DNA of 64,000 nt from Octopus vulgaris (GCA_951406725.2 OX597827.1:7316001-7380000), one strand, 5' to 3'. Positions 13,681-28,254 are shown, numbered from the stretch's first letter. Notes: generated by a model from the letters alone, not told the origin. Program-made: numbers and translations.

Positions 13681-16099
13681 CCTTTTGTAGAAAGGATTAC
13701 TATTGCTATTGTTGCTGTTGTTGGTGTTGTTGTTCAATAGATTTGACATATGCTCAAAACAGATTCTTCTAAAGATATATATGTGTGTGTATTGGTGTGT
13801 ATTTATATATGGATGCATTTCTGTTGTGTCAATATATGTATATATAAATATATATATATATATATGTGTGTGTGTATATATATATATATACACACACACA
13901 CATACACATACACACACACACATGTATGTAAAATGACAATCATTAAAACTACATTTAGACTTCTCAGAAAACATCAGCCGTAAAATAAATTAAACACACT
14001 GGAACTTGTTTCATGGATAGCTTTCTGGATAAAAAAAATGTCTTTTTAACAACATTTTATTTTGTTATTTCTTTTTAAGTAGTGTACCACAAGTTTGTTT
14101 TAAAATAAAATGGAAAACAGGAATGTATTAAATAGGTGTATTTTCTCTTGTGGTGTGTGTGTGTGTGTGTCACAGTGGTGGTGATAAAAAAAAATGCTAA
14201 ATTTATTTTGAGGAAGATTTTAACTCTGAATACTTACTGATGGGTTTTTGATGAAGAACAAACCAAATCTAAGATATTTTATTGTTTACCAGATAATATA
14301 AACTGACAGGTAGACAAGAAAAAATATAGAAAAGAAGAAAAAAAACAACAAAAAATTGATTTAAGCAAATAACAGGAATTGAACAAATATATATAAAAAA
14401 AATTTCTACAGCTTTTAAAACCTAAAATTCTATGGAAAAAGGCTGCTACTATAACAATATCTTTTAAGAGATGTAGCTATAATTCTTGGGTTGTATTGAA
14501 AAGAATTTTAAGAGTTCTTTTTGTTTTTTGTTTTCTGGTTTTGTAAAAAAGATTTGTTGTAGGTTCAAAGACTCGATGCACAATACATGTGATCATATAG
14601 GCAATAAAACATATGACATCTTTCAGAGAGTTAGCTATCTTTGTTGTTTTATTTTTGACTTAAAAGTGACCAAAGCTATAAAGTTAAAGAGGAGAGTAGA
14701 ATAACTGTTTGGTTGATATATTCAACATTAAAAGGAATGCTCAGATATAATAGAGATAAAAGAGGTAGTTAATGATATAAACAATAGGACTGGGGGAAAA
14801 GAGAGAAAAATGTGAGTGAAGTTTGACTAATTGGAAGGTAATGTGTGGAGACTAAAAGAGGAGACATACAGAACAGAAGACTCGAGGAAACAAAATTGAT
14901 CTTTCACTGAATGATAATGATAAACTGGAAGATATCAAAATATCTGCCAAGCATTGAAACATGATAGCAATCATGACAGAAGCAAGAAAACTAGTTGGAA
15001 ATATATAAATATAGCTAGAGGGAACATAATACCGATTTAATTCAGTGAATGGGAAAGAATTCAAAGTGAACAAATTTGGCAGATGCAAAGATGGGAAGAA
15101 ATAAGACAAGAAAAGACAGATGGAAAAAATAAAAAATTGGAAGAATGAAAAATTTGTGTATCAAACATGTGTATCTTATAAAAGGTCTGGGTAATAACAA
15201 TATCAATGGTCTAGCATCAACTAAGAAGTAGGTAGTAGACAATTTATATCAAGACTGAAAATTAGATGACTAAAAGTGATTATGTATATTAGACCATTAA
15301 TGGTAATTATGAAGTTTAGTCAGATAAAAGGGATGTGAGGTGTTGGAGAAATTAAGGCAATATTGAATACTAGACAACTAATTTGATTTCAGATTATTGA
15401 CAGAAATGGTGAAAGATGTACATATAAACTGTTAAGGTACTGATGGTAATGTTGAAATTAGCTTAAAGAGGAATTTTGACGTCTTGTAACAAAGAATACT
15501 AATAGCAAAACAGAAAATATTTTGTTGAAAAGAAATAAAAATAGGAAAAAGAGAAAATTTAAACTAATGGCAACAATACTAAAACATTGACTGAATATAT
15601 TGAGAGTAGATGTTTGGAATTTAAATATAATTGTGAGACAGCTAAAATAATGGGTTAATGGACACTGTGCTTTACAATATTTAGTTTCATCTACCTCGGA
15701 TCAGAGTTTAAATCCTATTAGAGTCAAACTTTACTTTTATTTTGCCTCCATTTGTTCAGTACTTACACATTATTTATTAGTAGTGTGCTGGAGTTAATTT
15801 AGGCAGCTACACCTAATTTTCAAACAAACCAAAAATAGGTATGTTGTTTGTCAAAGAAATTATTATTCTTAGCATTTTTGTATCTGTTTCCTAGGCAATG
15901 ATATATTGTTGGAAAAATATGTTTTAGAATTTGGTGGTTCTTTTTTTTTTCTATCCTGGCAACCACTAAATTCTTTAGAAGAGAAAAATTTGATAGAAAC
16001 GACCATTAAAGCCGAAACAAACTTTTAACCCATTACCTATTTAAATTTTGTGTTTTTGTTTTTTTTAACATTTAGTCTGAATAAAACAATTGTGAACAT

Positions 16100-16330
16100 G
16101 ACTTTGCAAACCTGCCTTGACTGGTGAGTTGAGACAATGAGGCAATTCCAGAGGGATGATATTATGGAGACAAAGGATTTGGAATAGGGTTTGGTACAGA
16201 GCCAAAAGAAGGTAGACTCAGTATGGATGATGAGAGGAAAAGAGAAGTATGGGTTGGTCGAGCTTGAGCGGATGTTACAGAGATCATTCAGCAAACTGTG
16301 ACAAGCTGACTGATTGAGTTGTGATGTGGT
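16100..16330 (-). pseudogene. possible decayed LINE (CR1/Jockey-group) ORF2 C-terminal remnant
   Basis: Minus-strand translation ...YSKSFVSIISSLWNCL resembles the Y..SF......LWN.LP terminal motif of these RTs. Confidence 0.4.
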
Positions 16331-16534
16331 TGAACAACTAATTCCAACCAATCAGGGTTCACTGTGTGAGTTGTACTCTTCATCCTTTCAATCCCTGAAT
16401 ACCAGATGAGGCTCACGAGACCTCAGTTTGAGTGATTTCCTTGAATCAGCATCACATCCTTTTATACCCAGCCATCCGATGCAAGGTTACTCATTTAAAG
16501 CTGGGTGGACTGGAATAATGTGAAAAAGAGTGTC

Positions 16535-16925
16535 GTGGCTGTGTGGTAAGTAGCTTGCTAACTAACCACATGGTTCCGGGTTCAGTCCCACTGCGTGGCA
16601 TCTTGGGCAAGTGTCTTCTGCTATAGCCCCGTGCCGACCAATGCCTTGTGAGTGGATTTGGTAGACGGAAACTGAAAAGAAGCCTGTCGTATATATGTAT
16701 ATATATATATGTGTGTGTGTGTTTGTGTGTCTGTGTTTGTCCCCCTAGCATTGCTTGACAACCGATGCTGGTGTGTTTATGTCCCCGTCGCTTAGCGGTT
16801 AGGCAAAAGAGACCGATAGAATAAGTACTGGGCTTACAAAGAATAAGTCCTGGGGTCGATTTGCTCGACTAAAGGCGGTGCTCCAGCATGGCCACAGTCA
16901 AATGACTGAAACAAGAAAAAGAGAG
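16535..16925 (+). mobile_element. SINE family A, subfamily A1
   Basis: Full head-to-tail match to 4343-4757 in opposite orientation. Confidence 0.9.
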
Positions 16926-17210
16926 AGTAACTCAAGAACATAGTGCACAACCCGTCAGGGAATCATAAACATGATCTTGCAATCAGGTGTGCCGCACCCT
17001 AACCACTAAGTCACTCAAAAAGTAGCAACTACTGTAGTACAGTTGAAACGTCTGAGGGAGGAGAAACAGAAGGTCTGTATGTCAGAGGTTGGAACCTGTT
17101 TGTGACTAACTCCATAACAATCAGTACAATTAGAATAGCTAAGCTGATATAATATTCAATTACAAGCTTACACATATTAGGTTTGTCTCTATTGAAGACA
17201 TTGTCATGTA

Positions 17211-17317
17211 TTAGTGACATATGTATTATATATTATATATTAGTGACATATGTATTATATATTATATATTAGTGACATATGTATTATATATTATATATTA
17301 GTGACATATGTATTATA
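17211..17317. repeat. 29-bp minisatellite, ~3.7 copies
   Basis: Unit ttagtgacatatgtattatatattatata at 17211, 17240, 17269 and 17298. Confidence 0.9.
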
Positions 17318-18076
17318 CATAAGATTCTATATGTATCTGTTGTTGAGATTAAATGAAAAGACTTTTAGAAATACTCCATGAGATAGACAAGCATTCTATC
17401 CAGGAGAACATCTTTTATAATCTATTACATCAGAAAATCCAGAGCTGCCCACTGGGTCTTAAAAACCTCTCCTACCAAAGTCAACCTCAGCAGATTTTGA
17501 ACTCAGAACATAAAAAGCCAGAAGAAATGCTGTTAAGCATTTTGTTTAGCGTGGTAACGATTCTACCAACCTTGCTGCCTTCATAACAAAAATAATAATA
17601 ATTCCATATTGTAATGAATGTATTAATGTATTATCAACAGCATTAGAATTATAATTGTTTCCCATTTCTTTTCATTAACAAGTGCAGTTGCAAAATGCAT
17701 AACATTAGCATAAAGTGGATTAATTCTCATTGCTATTTAAAGTTAAGGAAATAATCTGAATTCTATTTGCTGGAATTATACAACCAGATGTCCTTCATAA
17801 TGTCAATCACAAACTGGGGGCAGCATCTTAATTTATTTAAGTATACAGGGCATGCACCTCAATGTTACTTTTTTCGAAGGACAGCTAATTTAAAAATTTG
17901 TAAAAGGATTTCAACTCATAGCCGATAGGTCAGCAGACAAAGATATTGACCACTCAGCCAGTATATACCACAACAGTATGATATTACTTATTCTTACCAC
18001 TGGCTATTATACTGCACATTGGTGTCATTTCCAGAGTTGACAGCTTAGAAAAATTTTCTGCCTGTTCGCTGCTTTA

Positions 18077-18144
<68 letters not shown>

Positions 18145-18369
18145 TATAATAATAATAATAATATTGAGAAGAGCATTGTCGATGTGAGAACTATTACTAT
18201 TTTAATTTAACTTTATTTCTATCAAAAAAAAAAAAATGAACGAACTGGTGAGTTTAGTCTAATGGCCTACCAATGTATACAATGAGTTTCTTTGCCCTAG
18301 GAGTCGGGAAGACACTCGGCAAGAACTGGAAGCAAATTTGAAAGAAGAAGAAAAACCCATAAATAATAA

Positions 18370-18401
<32 letters not shown>

Positions 18402-18852
18402 ATGATGATGATGATGATGATATTCTTATATTTGCTTGATGAGTATCAGATGAGGGTGACATTTCAAGGAAAGTTTTATAATTTGTGAAGGAATTTACAT
18501 AAAAAGATGAAAAGGTAAAGAGAATATGGAGGTGGGTGGGCAGATGAAAAGTATACATAGCATACAAAATATGTGAACACATGGATAATGTAGTCCTTCT
18601 GATACAGGAGCACCTCTAACTAAGGCCCATTGAGAAACACCACAGATTCAGGATCATTTAATCACCAAGGATACGTGCCCTTGTCCATCTACAAGTACAT
18701 GCATCTCCAATCTGCAAGTGCATGCATATAGTAATCCCATTCACCCTAAACCATTTTCACCACAGTCATCCAGTTTTTAACAAATTTACTGTGTGTGAGA
18801 ACTCCCCTAGACATCTTCACTGCCTTTCTAAGTGGAATTTTAAAAAAACAAT

Positions 18853-19250
18853 CTCTTTTACTCTTTTACTTGTTTCAGTCATTTGACTGCGGCCATGATG
18901 GAGCACCGCCTTTAATCGAGCAACTCGACCCCGGAACTTATTCTTTCTGTAAGCCCAGTACTTACTCTATCGGTCTCTTTTGCCGAACCGCTAAGTGACG
19001 GGGACATAAACACACCAGCATCGGTTGTCAAGCAATGCTAGGGGGACAAACACAGACACACAAACACACACACACACATATATATATATACATATATACG
19101 ACAGGCTTCTTTCAGTTTCCATCTACCAAATCCACTCACAAGGCATTGGTCGGCCCGGGGCTATAGCAGAATACACTTGCCCAAGATGCCAAGCAGTGGG
19201 AATGAACCCAGAACCATGTGGTTGGTTAGCAAGCTACTTACCACACAGCC
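18853..19250 (-). mobile_element. SINE family A, subfamily A1
   Basis: Matches the family A consensus. Confidence 0.9.
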
Positions 19251-19711
19251 AAAAAAAAAAAAATAAGACTGAATAGAACAATGTCTGTCCTCAATTTTTC
19301 CAGTTGTTTTGACAAATTTACAGAGGGTTAGAACTCTCCTAGACATCTTCACTTCCTTTAAAAAGTGGAATCTAAAAGCAAAAAAATCAATGACGGCTTG
19401 ACTGAATAGAACAATGAATGTCTGTGTGTGTGTCTTCTAGGATTTCAGGCATCCTCCATCTGATTGCGCTCAAATTTGATATGTAGATACCAATGGCATC
19501 AGGGCGTGTATAAGTCTTCAAAAAATTACAAAAATTGTACCCGTAAGTACATCAGTCAAAATCCGTCTTTTGCTGGTGTCTCAAATTTAGGTTAAATCGG
19601 TGTTTCTCAAAGGGGAAGCCTATGGGATGGTCGGACAAGTTGTTTTGAAATAATTTGGTTTAAATGTTTGACAACTCAGCACCATCCATTGGACAGGGGG
19701 CGTTTTGCTCG

Positions 19712-20298
<587 letters not shown>

Positions 20299-20561
20299 TA
20301 TTCTCTAAATATTGTTCTTTAGTTCCAAAATTCATATATAATTATTCTGGTAGCCACGGGTGAAGCATATATTTTGTCAATGATTATGGATTAAAAATTC
20401 ACACACACACACCCACACACATGCACACACACACACACACACTCATACATGCACATGTATATAATATATATATATATATAATATATATATATACATGTAT
20501 ATATCTATATGTATACATATATATATATATATATATAAAGCATCATCCAAAATTGGTTGAT

Positions 20562-20765
20562 GCCAGCCCCCTCTGGCTTCTGTGCCGGTGGCATATAAAA
20601 AGCACTCACTACACTCTCGGAGTGGTTGGTGTTAGGAAGGGCTGCCAGATCAGATTGGAGCCTGGTGCAGCCTCCTGGCTTCCCAGACCCCCAGTCAAAC
20701 CGTCCAACACATGTCAGCATGGAAAATGGGCATTAAACGATGATGATGATGATGATGATGACGAT
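20562..20765 (+). mobile_element. family C 3' part with (GAT)n tail
   Basis: tgtgccggtggcatataaaaagcac...gttaggaaggg...cattaaacgatgatgat. Confidence 0.8.
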
Positions 20766-20895
20766 ATACACACACACACACATATATATATATATACATA
20801 CATACATATACAAACATACACACATATACATATATACATTTGTATGTTTATGCATTTGTATATAAATATGTATGCATATATTTAATATCATTCTT

Positions 20896-20937
<42 letters not shown>

Positions 20938-20970
20938 CACACACACATGCACACATGCATTTATATGTGC

Positions 20971-21023
<53 letters not shown>

Positions 21024-22416
21024 TGTGTTTGTGTGCATACAAAGCAAACCTCTGAAAGACACAGTCATGTTTTATCCATGGTCTTTCTATTTTTATTTCT
21101 GCTGTATGATTGGTCAGTTACAAATATTATGAATGCTATTAGAAACCATTGTTAACATTACTTTAATTAATTAAGGATAATGGTTCGGTGGAAGGCGCTG
21201 GACAATGAACTAAGTAAACATCTTAACTGACATGGCTTTTCATCCCTCCAGAGTTAATAAAATAATGTCTGGGTGTGTCCCAATGTCAACTCAATCGATT
21301 ATATCTCTTCCCTATGTATGTGTGTTTCTGAATCAATATGGAAAAGAAAATCTGATATGACTGAGTCCTACTGTAAATGCCGTGTTGTATTTAGTCTTAT
21401 CCCATTGTCATCTGTATTTAAAATATTTACAAACCCTTTGCCTTAGACCATTATTATTTTTCTTGTAAATATAATTCTAAGTGCATCGATAGGGAAAATG
21501 ACCAGAACAGTTGGTAGAAATAGAACCATTAAATTAAATACCTTACAGATTTGCTGATTTGTGTCCAGAGTAAATACTCTGATTATCTATAATAAGTGTG
21601 ATTTCTACGCTCACTGCCACAGATATGAGATGATCCAAAAGGAACAACATTGTATTAGAAATCCAAATACTGTCACACCCTTAAACCAAATAACTGATGC
21701 AACAATCATCACCTCAATCAAGACTAAAATCAAAAAATAAAAGAAAATCAAGGAATCTTGGTGAAACAAATGGAAGGAACAGCCTCTCAGTGATAGTTAT
21801 CGGGTTGAAGATCACACTGAATCCCTGCTTGGTTACTCTCCTCTAACCAGAAGGTGTGAACATATACAACCAGATAGAACAGCAGCTAACCTTTAGAAAT
21901 CCCTTATAAATCAGTTATTCCCAGTGACTGGCCACCTTGACCCTATGCACATCCAGAACAATTCATCAAACTGGTGTAACATCCATCAATTTGATTCCGA
22001 TATAAATTTGGAAGTATGAGAGATGCTATATGAAAGAACAACAATCTTATCATCAGGGCTAGTGCCAGGGTATTTAGCACCCTAAGTAAGGACTACAATG
22101 TATGCATTATCTCCTTGTCATGGCTGTTAAATACAAGCAAGGAGCAGTACTTTATGATGTATTACTCATGGAAGTTGTCTCTATAGATCTTCCTTAGAAA
22201 CTAGAGTCAGCAGTGGAAGTTACATCGTTTCATATATGAATACACTTATGAAAGCAATGTGATTGAAGACAGAAAAATAGGTAATGGATGTATATATATA
22301 TATATATTTCAGTCTTTGCTCCTTCTTCATTCAGCACCACATCGAACCCATTAACCATCCATGAACACATTGCTTAAATAACCACTAAAAATAGTGGTAT
22401 AATGTTATTGGATATA

Positions 22417-22764
22417 CAGGGTGTCCACAAAGTCTTTAGACAACTTCAAAAAGTCATTACAAAAATCATTGCAAAAATCTTAGAAGAGGAAGAAATAAAT
22501 TTTTGTTGTATATTAATGTTATAATTAAAGGACACAGAACACAGGACACAGGAGATGTGTCGAGGCCGACAGGAAGCGTCGATGCTTCCTAGGGCTAAAC
22601 AGCGGTGGTGTAATTCCCTTACTGTCACGTTAAGTTGACAGTATACAACCACGTTATAATTAAAGTTTTTATTAATGATATTAACAGTTTTATTAATGTT
22701 ATCCAGTTTCCATTGTAATTTTAATAAATTTTTCTTCTTGTCTAATGACTTTGTGGACACCTTA
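22417..22764. mobile_element. Tc1/mariner-type MITE with ~28-bp TIRs and TA target
   Basis: ta|cagggtgtccacaaagtctttagacaa ... ttgtctaatgactttgtggacacctta|ta. Confidence 0.85.
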
Positions 22765-22890
22765 TATATAAAGTACAACATCATGTTTAGTTGGTGATGA
22801 TTCAGCTTTCCTCTACTGCTAAAACATTAGTCAAACAACTATAACAATTCTTCATTGTCTGATGTAAAAACTAGGGCAAAGGTTAAAAGA

Positions 22891-22990
22891 ATATTTATCA
22901 CCACCTAAACGTAGGAGTTCTATAAGAACAGACAATATTGCAGAATTGTCTGCTCTTGTAGAACACCTACGTTTAGATGGTGAGAAACAT
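22891..22990. repeat. isolated ~46-bp-stem imperfect hairpin
   Basis: tcaccacctaaacgtaggagttctataagaacagacaat / loop attgcaga / attgtctgctcttgtagaacacctacgtttagatggtga. Confidence 0.85.
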
Positions 22991-23313
22991 TACTTCTCAG
23001 TATAAATACAGCTTTCATCTCTAATAACAAACTAGTTGACTAGGTTAAAAGAATGTTTGCTGCATAATTTTTTCTGGTATCCCTATGTTTTGTGCCTTCT
23101 TTGCCATTGGATAATGCTGGGTCTTCCAATTATTGTTGGTGGTTGCAACTGATGTACCACTCAAACCAAAGAAACTGTTTCTATTGGCTATACTAATACT
23201 GGTGCTATCTGTCAACCTTTTATTTTCTGGTGACAAGAAGAATGATTGCACTCACAAAGCACAAATCTGGACCAGATTCTAAAAGGTATCTTGTTCAGTA
23301 TCTTTACAATTCT

Positions 23314-23844
23314 TATTTCTTTATTGCCCACAAGAGGCTAAACATAGAGGGGACAAACAAGGACAGACAAAGAGATTAATTCGATTACATTAACCCCAGT
23401 GTGCAACTGGTACTTAATTTATTGACTCTGAAAGGATGAAAGACAAAGTCAACCTTGGCAGAATTTGAACTCAGAGCATAGCAGCAGACGAGATACCTAT
23501 TTCTTTACTACCCACAGGGGGCTAAACACAGAGAGGACAAACAAGGACAGACAAACGGATTAAGTTGATTGCATCAACCCAGTGCGTGACTGGTACTTAA
23601 TTAATCGACCCTGAAAGGATGAAAGGCAAAGTCGACCTCGACAGAATTTGAACTCAGAACATAAAGACAGACAAAATACCACTAAGCGTTTCGCCCAACA
23701 TGCTAACGTTTCTGCCAGCTCACCGCCTTTAAAGGATGAAAGGTAAAGTCGACCTCGGCGGAATTTGAACTCAGAACGTAGCAGCAGATGAAATACCACT
23801 AAGAATTTCACCTGGCATGTTAACGTTTCTGCCAGCTCGCCGCC
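23314..23844 (-). mobile_element. three tandem/nested SINE family B modules inside one 10-bp TSD
   Basis: Modules at 23731-23844, 23497-23728 and 23314-23497. TSD ttacaattct at 23304-23313 and 23845-23854. Confidence 0.85.
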
Positions 23845-24306
23845 TTACAATTCTATCAATCTACCATCCTGGACTTGTATTTTATCTATCAACTCTGGAA
23901 GGAGGAAAAGCAAAGTTGGCTCTGAGCACAAAGAGTCAGAGAAAATACTGCAAAGCATTTTATCCTACATGTTAATGTCTCTGCCAATTCATTGTCTTTT
24001 ATTCCAGGAATTTATCAGAACAAATGGAACAGCAATATTAAAATAAATACTTTATTAGTCCATGTAGTGTCAGTATAGCTGAGTGGCTAAGAAGCTTGGT
24101 TTGCAACTATGAAGACCTAGGTTCAATCCCACAGTAAAATATATTGGGCAAATGTAATTTTCTATAACTTCATGTCAACCTATACGTTGCGCGTAAAACT
24201 GAGTATATAGAAATTGTATGGAAGCCCTTGGAACCATGTGGCTGGTAAGCAAGCTACTTACCACACAGTCACTCCTGCACCTATATTATTATCATCATCA
24301 TCATCA

Positions 24307-24358
<52 letters not shown>

Positions 24359-24360
24359 CA

Positions 24361-24427
<67 letters not shown>

Positions 24428-24484
24428 CATTATTATTATTATTATTATTGAGTGAGAGAGCAATTATTATTATTATTATTTTGT

Positions 24485-24752
24485 AAAGTCTGGCACATAT
24501 TCTATCAGTCTCTTTTGTAGAACTGCTAAGTTACAGGGGTGTAAATACACCAGCACTTGTTATCAAGCAGTGGTACACACACACACACACACACACAACA
24601 AGCTTCTTTCAGTTTCTCTCTGCCAGATCCACTCACAAGACTTCGGCCAGCTCAAGGCTATAGTAGAATGTACTTGCCCAAAGTGTCACACAGTGGGACT
24701 GAACCCAGAAACATGTGGTTGGGAGGCAAACTTCTTACCACGCAGCCATGCC
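24485..24752 (-). mobile_element. degenerate SINE family A
   Basis: Recognisable acaccagcac, gcttctttcagtttc, acttgcccaa and gtgggactgaaccc blocks. Confidence 0.7.
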
Positions 24753-24852
24753 TCTGTCTACTGGATAAACATGACTACACTTCACACTGTTATATGGAAA
24801 ACCTGTCAAATTCCATTCCTTCGCTTAGTTACTATATAAGTATACTACAAAC

Positions 24853-24916
<64 letters not shown>

Positions 24917-25514
24917 ACTGCAGATGTTATTTAGTATTCCTTCTCTTCTCTCTTTACTAAAGTGAAACTATGTATAAGAAGTGCAATGCAGTATGACAGT
25001 GAACATGGAGAGTATTTAGATTAATTGGAGAGGAAGGAGCTTGGATATAGTGTGGTTTATACTGGATATGTGATGTATGATGATAAACTGACAAGAAAGG
25101 CTGTGGGAAAGTAAGTTGAAAGAGCAGGTTGGATTTAAATGATGTTATCTGATCTATAAAGGGAAGATGTTTTCTGCTGATAGGGTACAAATAAAGAGGG
25201 AATGGATAAATATAGCTGGGTGGTAAATTATGATGTGTGTTGATGGTTGGTGAGTGATAACGTAAGCAGCAGTAAGTGGGGAGAGAGTGGGGAGAGAGGG
25301 GGAGAGAGTGAGAGAGAAAGAGGGAGAGTGTGAAAGGAGGGGGGTTGGATGTTTTGGAAGAATTAGTTAGGAGGACAGACCAGAGAATATTTGGTGCTTA
25401 AGAATGAATTAATGAAGTTATTATTGATGTACGTGGAGACATGCCTGTATTGCCAATCAGCCTGAACTTAGGTAAGATTGAGGAAAATAAAAATATGTGC
25501 TTTAAAGCTACTGC

Positions 25515-25634
25515 TGATGAGGATGGTGATGATGGTGATGATGATGGTGGTGGTGGTGGTGGTGGTGGTGGTGGTGGTGCTGGCAGTGAAGATAATGACA
25601 GTATTGGTGGTGGTTGTAGTGATAAGCATGGTAG

Positions 25635-25666
<32 letters not shown>

Positions 25667-26113
25667 GTGATGGTGATGGTGATGGTGATGGTGATGATGA
25701 TGATGATGGTGATGGTGATGGTGATGATGATGATGATGATGGTGATGGTGATGGTGGTGATGATGATGATGATGATGATGGTGATGGTGATGGTGATGAT
25801 GATGATGATGATGGTGATGGTGATGGTGATGGTGATGATGGTGATGGTGATGTTGAGGATGGTATTGTGGTGTTAAAGGTAGTAGTGGTAGAGGTGGTGG
25901 TGGTGGTGGCAGTGGTGGTGTCGGCAGTGAAGATGATGGCAGTATTGGTGGTGGTAGCGATGGTTGTGATGATTAGGTTGGTGATGATGATGATGATGAT
26001 GATGATGAGGAGGAGGAGGAGGAGGAGGATGATGTTGACAAAGTGTTGGTAGTGGCTGTAGTGATAGTGGAGGCAATGGTTATGATGATGACGATGATGA
26101 TGATGATGATGAC

Positions 26114-26166
<53 letters not shown>

Positions 26167-26280
26167 CGACGATGATGATGATGACGATGATGATGACGAT
26201 CATGATGATGATGATGACGATGATGACGATGATGATGACAATGATGATGATGACGATGATGACGATGATGATGATGATGT
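25515..26280. repeat. long (GAT)/(GGT)/(GAC) trinucleotide field
   Basis: Direct reading; explains the poly-D/M/H/V ORFs. Confidence 0.95.
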
Positions 26281-27104
26281 GCAGGATGAATGCGAGGACA
26301 AGAACGAGGATGGTAGGCGCGGATGGAGAGAAAAACCAAAGGAATGTTACAGTAGATATAAAGTGAATGAAAAGGTAAAAATGAATATTAAATTTATAAT
26401 CTTCGCTTCGTATCATTATTCACTTTATACTAAAAAAAGAAAGGAAAAACAAAAACAAAGGAAAAAACATGCTTTCTTTCTGCTTTGCTCTTTTGTTTTT
26501 TTTTTTTTTTTTTTTTAATTCCATAGCTTATCACTTCAAAGTTCATTAAAAGAGATTTTCTGGGTCAATAAAGGAAGTCTCAACTGTTTGACGGAATTGA
26601 ACTTGCCAATTTTTCAGTTCTACATTTGAATATTGATTTAAAACTACATTGAAATATTGTGAAAACTATTTTCTTTTTAGTTTACTACTGTAAAAATGTT
26701 TTTTTTTAAAATATGGTAAATTATGTTTTATATTCCAGCCTTGAAATTAGATACGTCTAAAACTCTTTAGAGGCTTCCATGTACATTTTTATCTTAATTT
26801 ATTCCAAAATTCTACTTTCACTTTCTGTTTATGTATTTCATTAATATTATTATTATATTTATTAATTTATATGATTTTTTTTGTTTGTTTTTGCTTTTGC
26901 TTTCCTGCTGAAAATTCCGAAGTGTTACAAGAGAATTTTTCTGATAAAAGACATTGTAAGGGTATGTAGAATTATTAAAGAATTATTATTTTAGGCAGTA
27001 AATGGCCTGACAGTTAAATAGAAGAACAACCATAATTTCTTTAAACAAAATCAGCCAAGATAAGAAAAATAGCTGGGAAACACATGGACACAAAAGACCA
27101 TATA

Positions 27105-27105
27105 A

Positions 27106-27138
<33 letters not shown>

Positions 27139-27708
27139 TACTATCTTCAACACCTCCACCACCACAACCTTCCTACTCAGCATCTTCATTACCACCACCA
27201 CCACCACCACCACCACCACAACTTCAACAACAACAACAACAACAATAGCGATAACATTCCTCCTTAACATTAATGTTATTACCACCACCACTACCACCAC
27301 CACCACCACCAACACCACCAATGCCACCACCACCACCACCACCACCACCACCACCACCACCACCACCACCACCACCACCACCACCACCACCAACACCAAA
27401 ACCACCACCGCCACCACCACCACCACCACCACCACCACCACCACCACCAACAACACTACCACCACCACCACCACCACCACCACCAACAACAACACCACCA
27501 CTATCACCAATACCACCACCACCACCACCACCACTATCACCAACACCACCACCACTATCACCAACACCACCACCACTATCACCAACACCACCACTATCAT
27601 CAATACCACCACCACCACAACAATCCTCATCATCAATATCATTAACCCTCCCACCGTGATCATCATCATCATCATCATCATTATCACTATCACCACCACC
27701 ACTACCAC
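27105..27708. repeat. (CCA)/(CAT) trinucleotide field
   Basis: Direct reading; explains the poly-P/V ORFs. Confidence 0.95.
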
Positions 27709-27801
27709 ATGGTTGAGAAGCAAGTTTCTCAATTATATGGCCCTGGGTTCAGTCCCATTATGTGCAATCATGAGCAAGTGTCTTAATTGTCCTCTGCTAT
27801 A

Positions 27802-27830
27802 CGAGGGGGTACCCAAAAGTAACCAGAAAC
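27802..27830 (+). mobile_element. solitary mariner-like TIR
   Basis: TA|cgagggggtacccaaaagtaacc start typical of mariner-group ends; no partner seen. Confidence 0.35.
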
Positions 27831-27958
27831 ATTCTCTGTGGAACAAACCCACTGTAGTTCAGGCTTCTGCCACTAGAAGCCACACATGTATAATCCACTG
27901 AATAATACTTTAGAATTATTGTCAATTTGATTGACATTTAAAACAAATACATGTATGC

Positions 27959-28008
<50 letters not shown>

Positions 28009-28013
28009 ATATA

Positions 28014-28211
28014 CTTTATTTAAAGCAGAGTTTCACGTTGCCGTTCATTGGACAGTTTTTGCTAGCAAAAACTGTCCAATGAACGGCAACGTGAAACTCA
28101 GAGTAACAGGTTTTGTTGAATTTTCTGCTGCTTTAAATAAAGCATATTACTCTACCACTGGTATTTGAGTAGTCTTTTTTCCACCTTGTTTCACATTTAT
28201 GTGTTTACTCC

Positions 28212-28213
<2 letters not shown>
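28014..28213 (+). mobile_element. (TA)n-embedded fold-back element, family H3
   Basis: Perfect 72-bp palindrome at 28028-28099 (centre gct|agc). Outer inverted pair at 28014-28028 / 28128-28142. Homologue at 42153-42331. Confidence 0.85.
28072..28109 (+). ncRNA. minimal type-I hammerhead motif with variant core CCAAUGA
   Basis: ctgt-CCAATGA-acg gcaa cgt-GAAA-ctc a ga-GTA-acag. Stem I ctgt/acag, stem II acg/cgt, near-palindromic stem III actc-a-gagt, GUA site. The sister copy has canonical CTGATGA. Confidence 0.7.

Positions 28214-28250
<37 letters not shown>

Positions 28251-28254
<4 letters not shown>

Noticed and set aside
21760-21810. KWKEQPL peptide resembling a non-LTR RT C-terminal motif
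   Set aside because: Too short and not supported by neighbouring motifs.
25398-27732. Longest ORFs (313, 248, 203 aa) with poly-H/D/P/V
   Set aside because: Translations of trinucleotide microsatellites, open in several frames on both strands, with no domain content.
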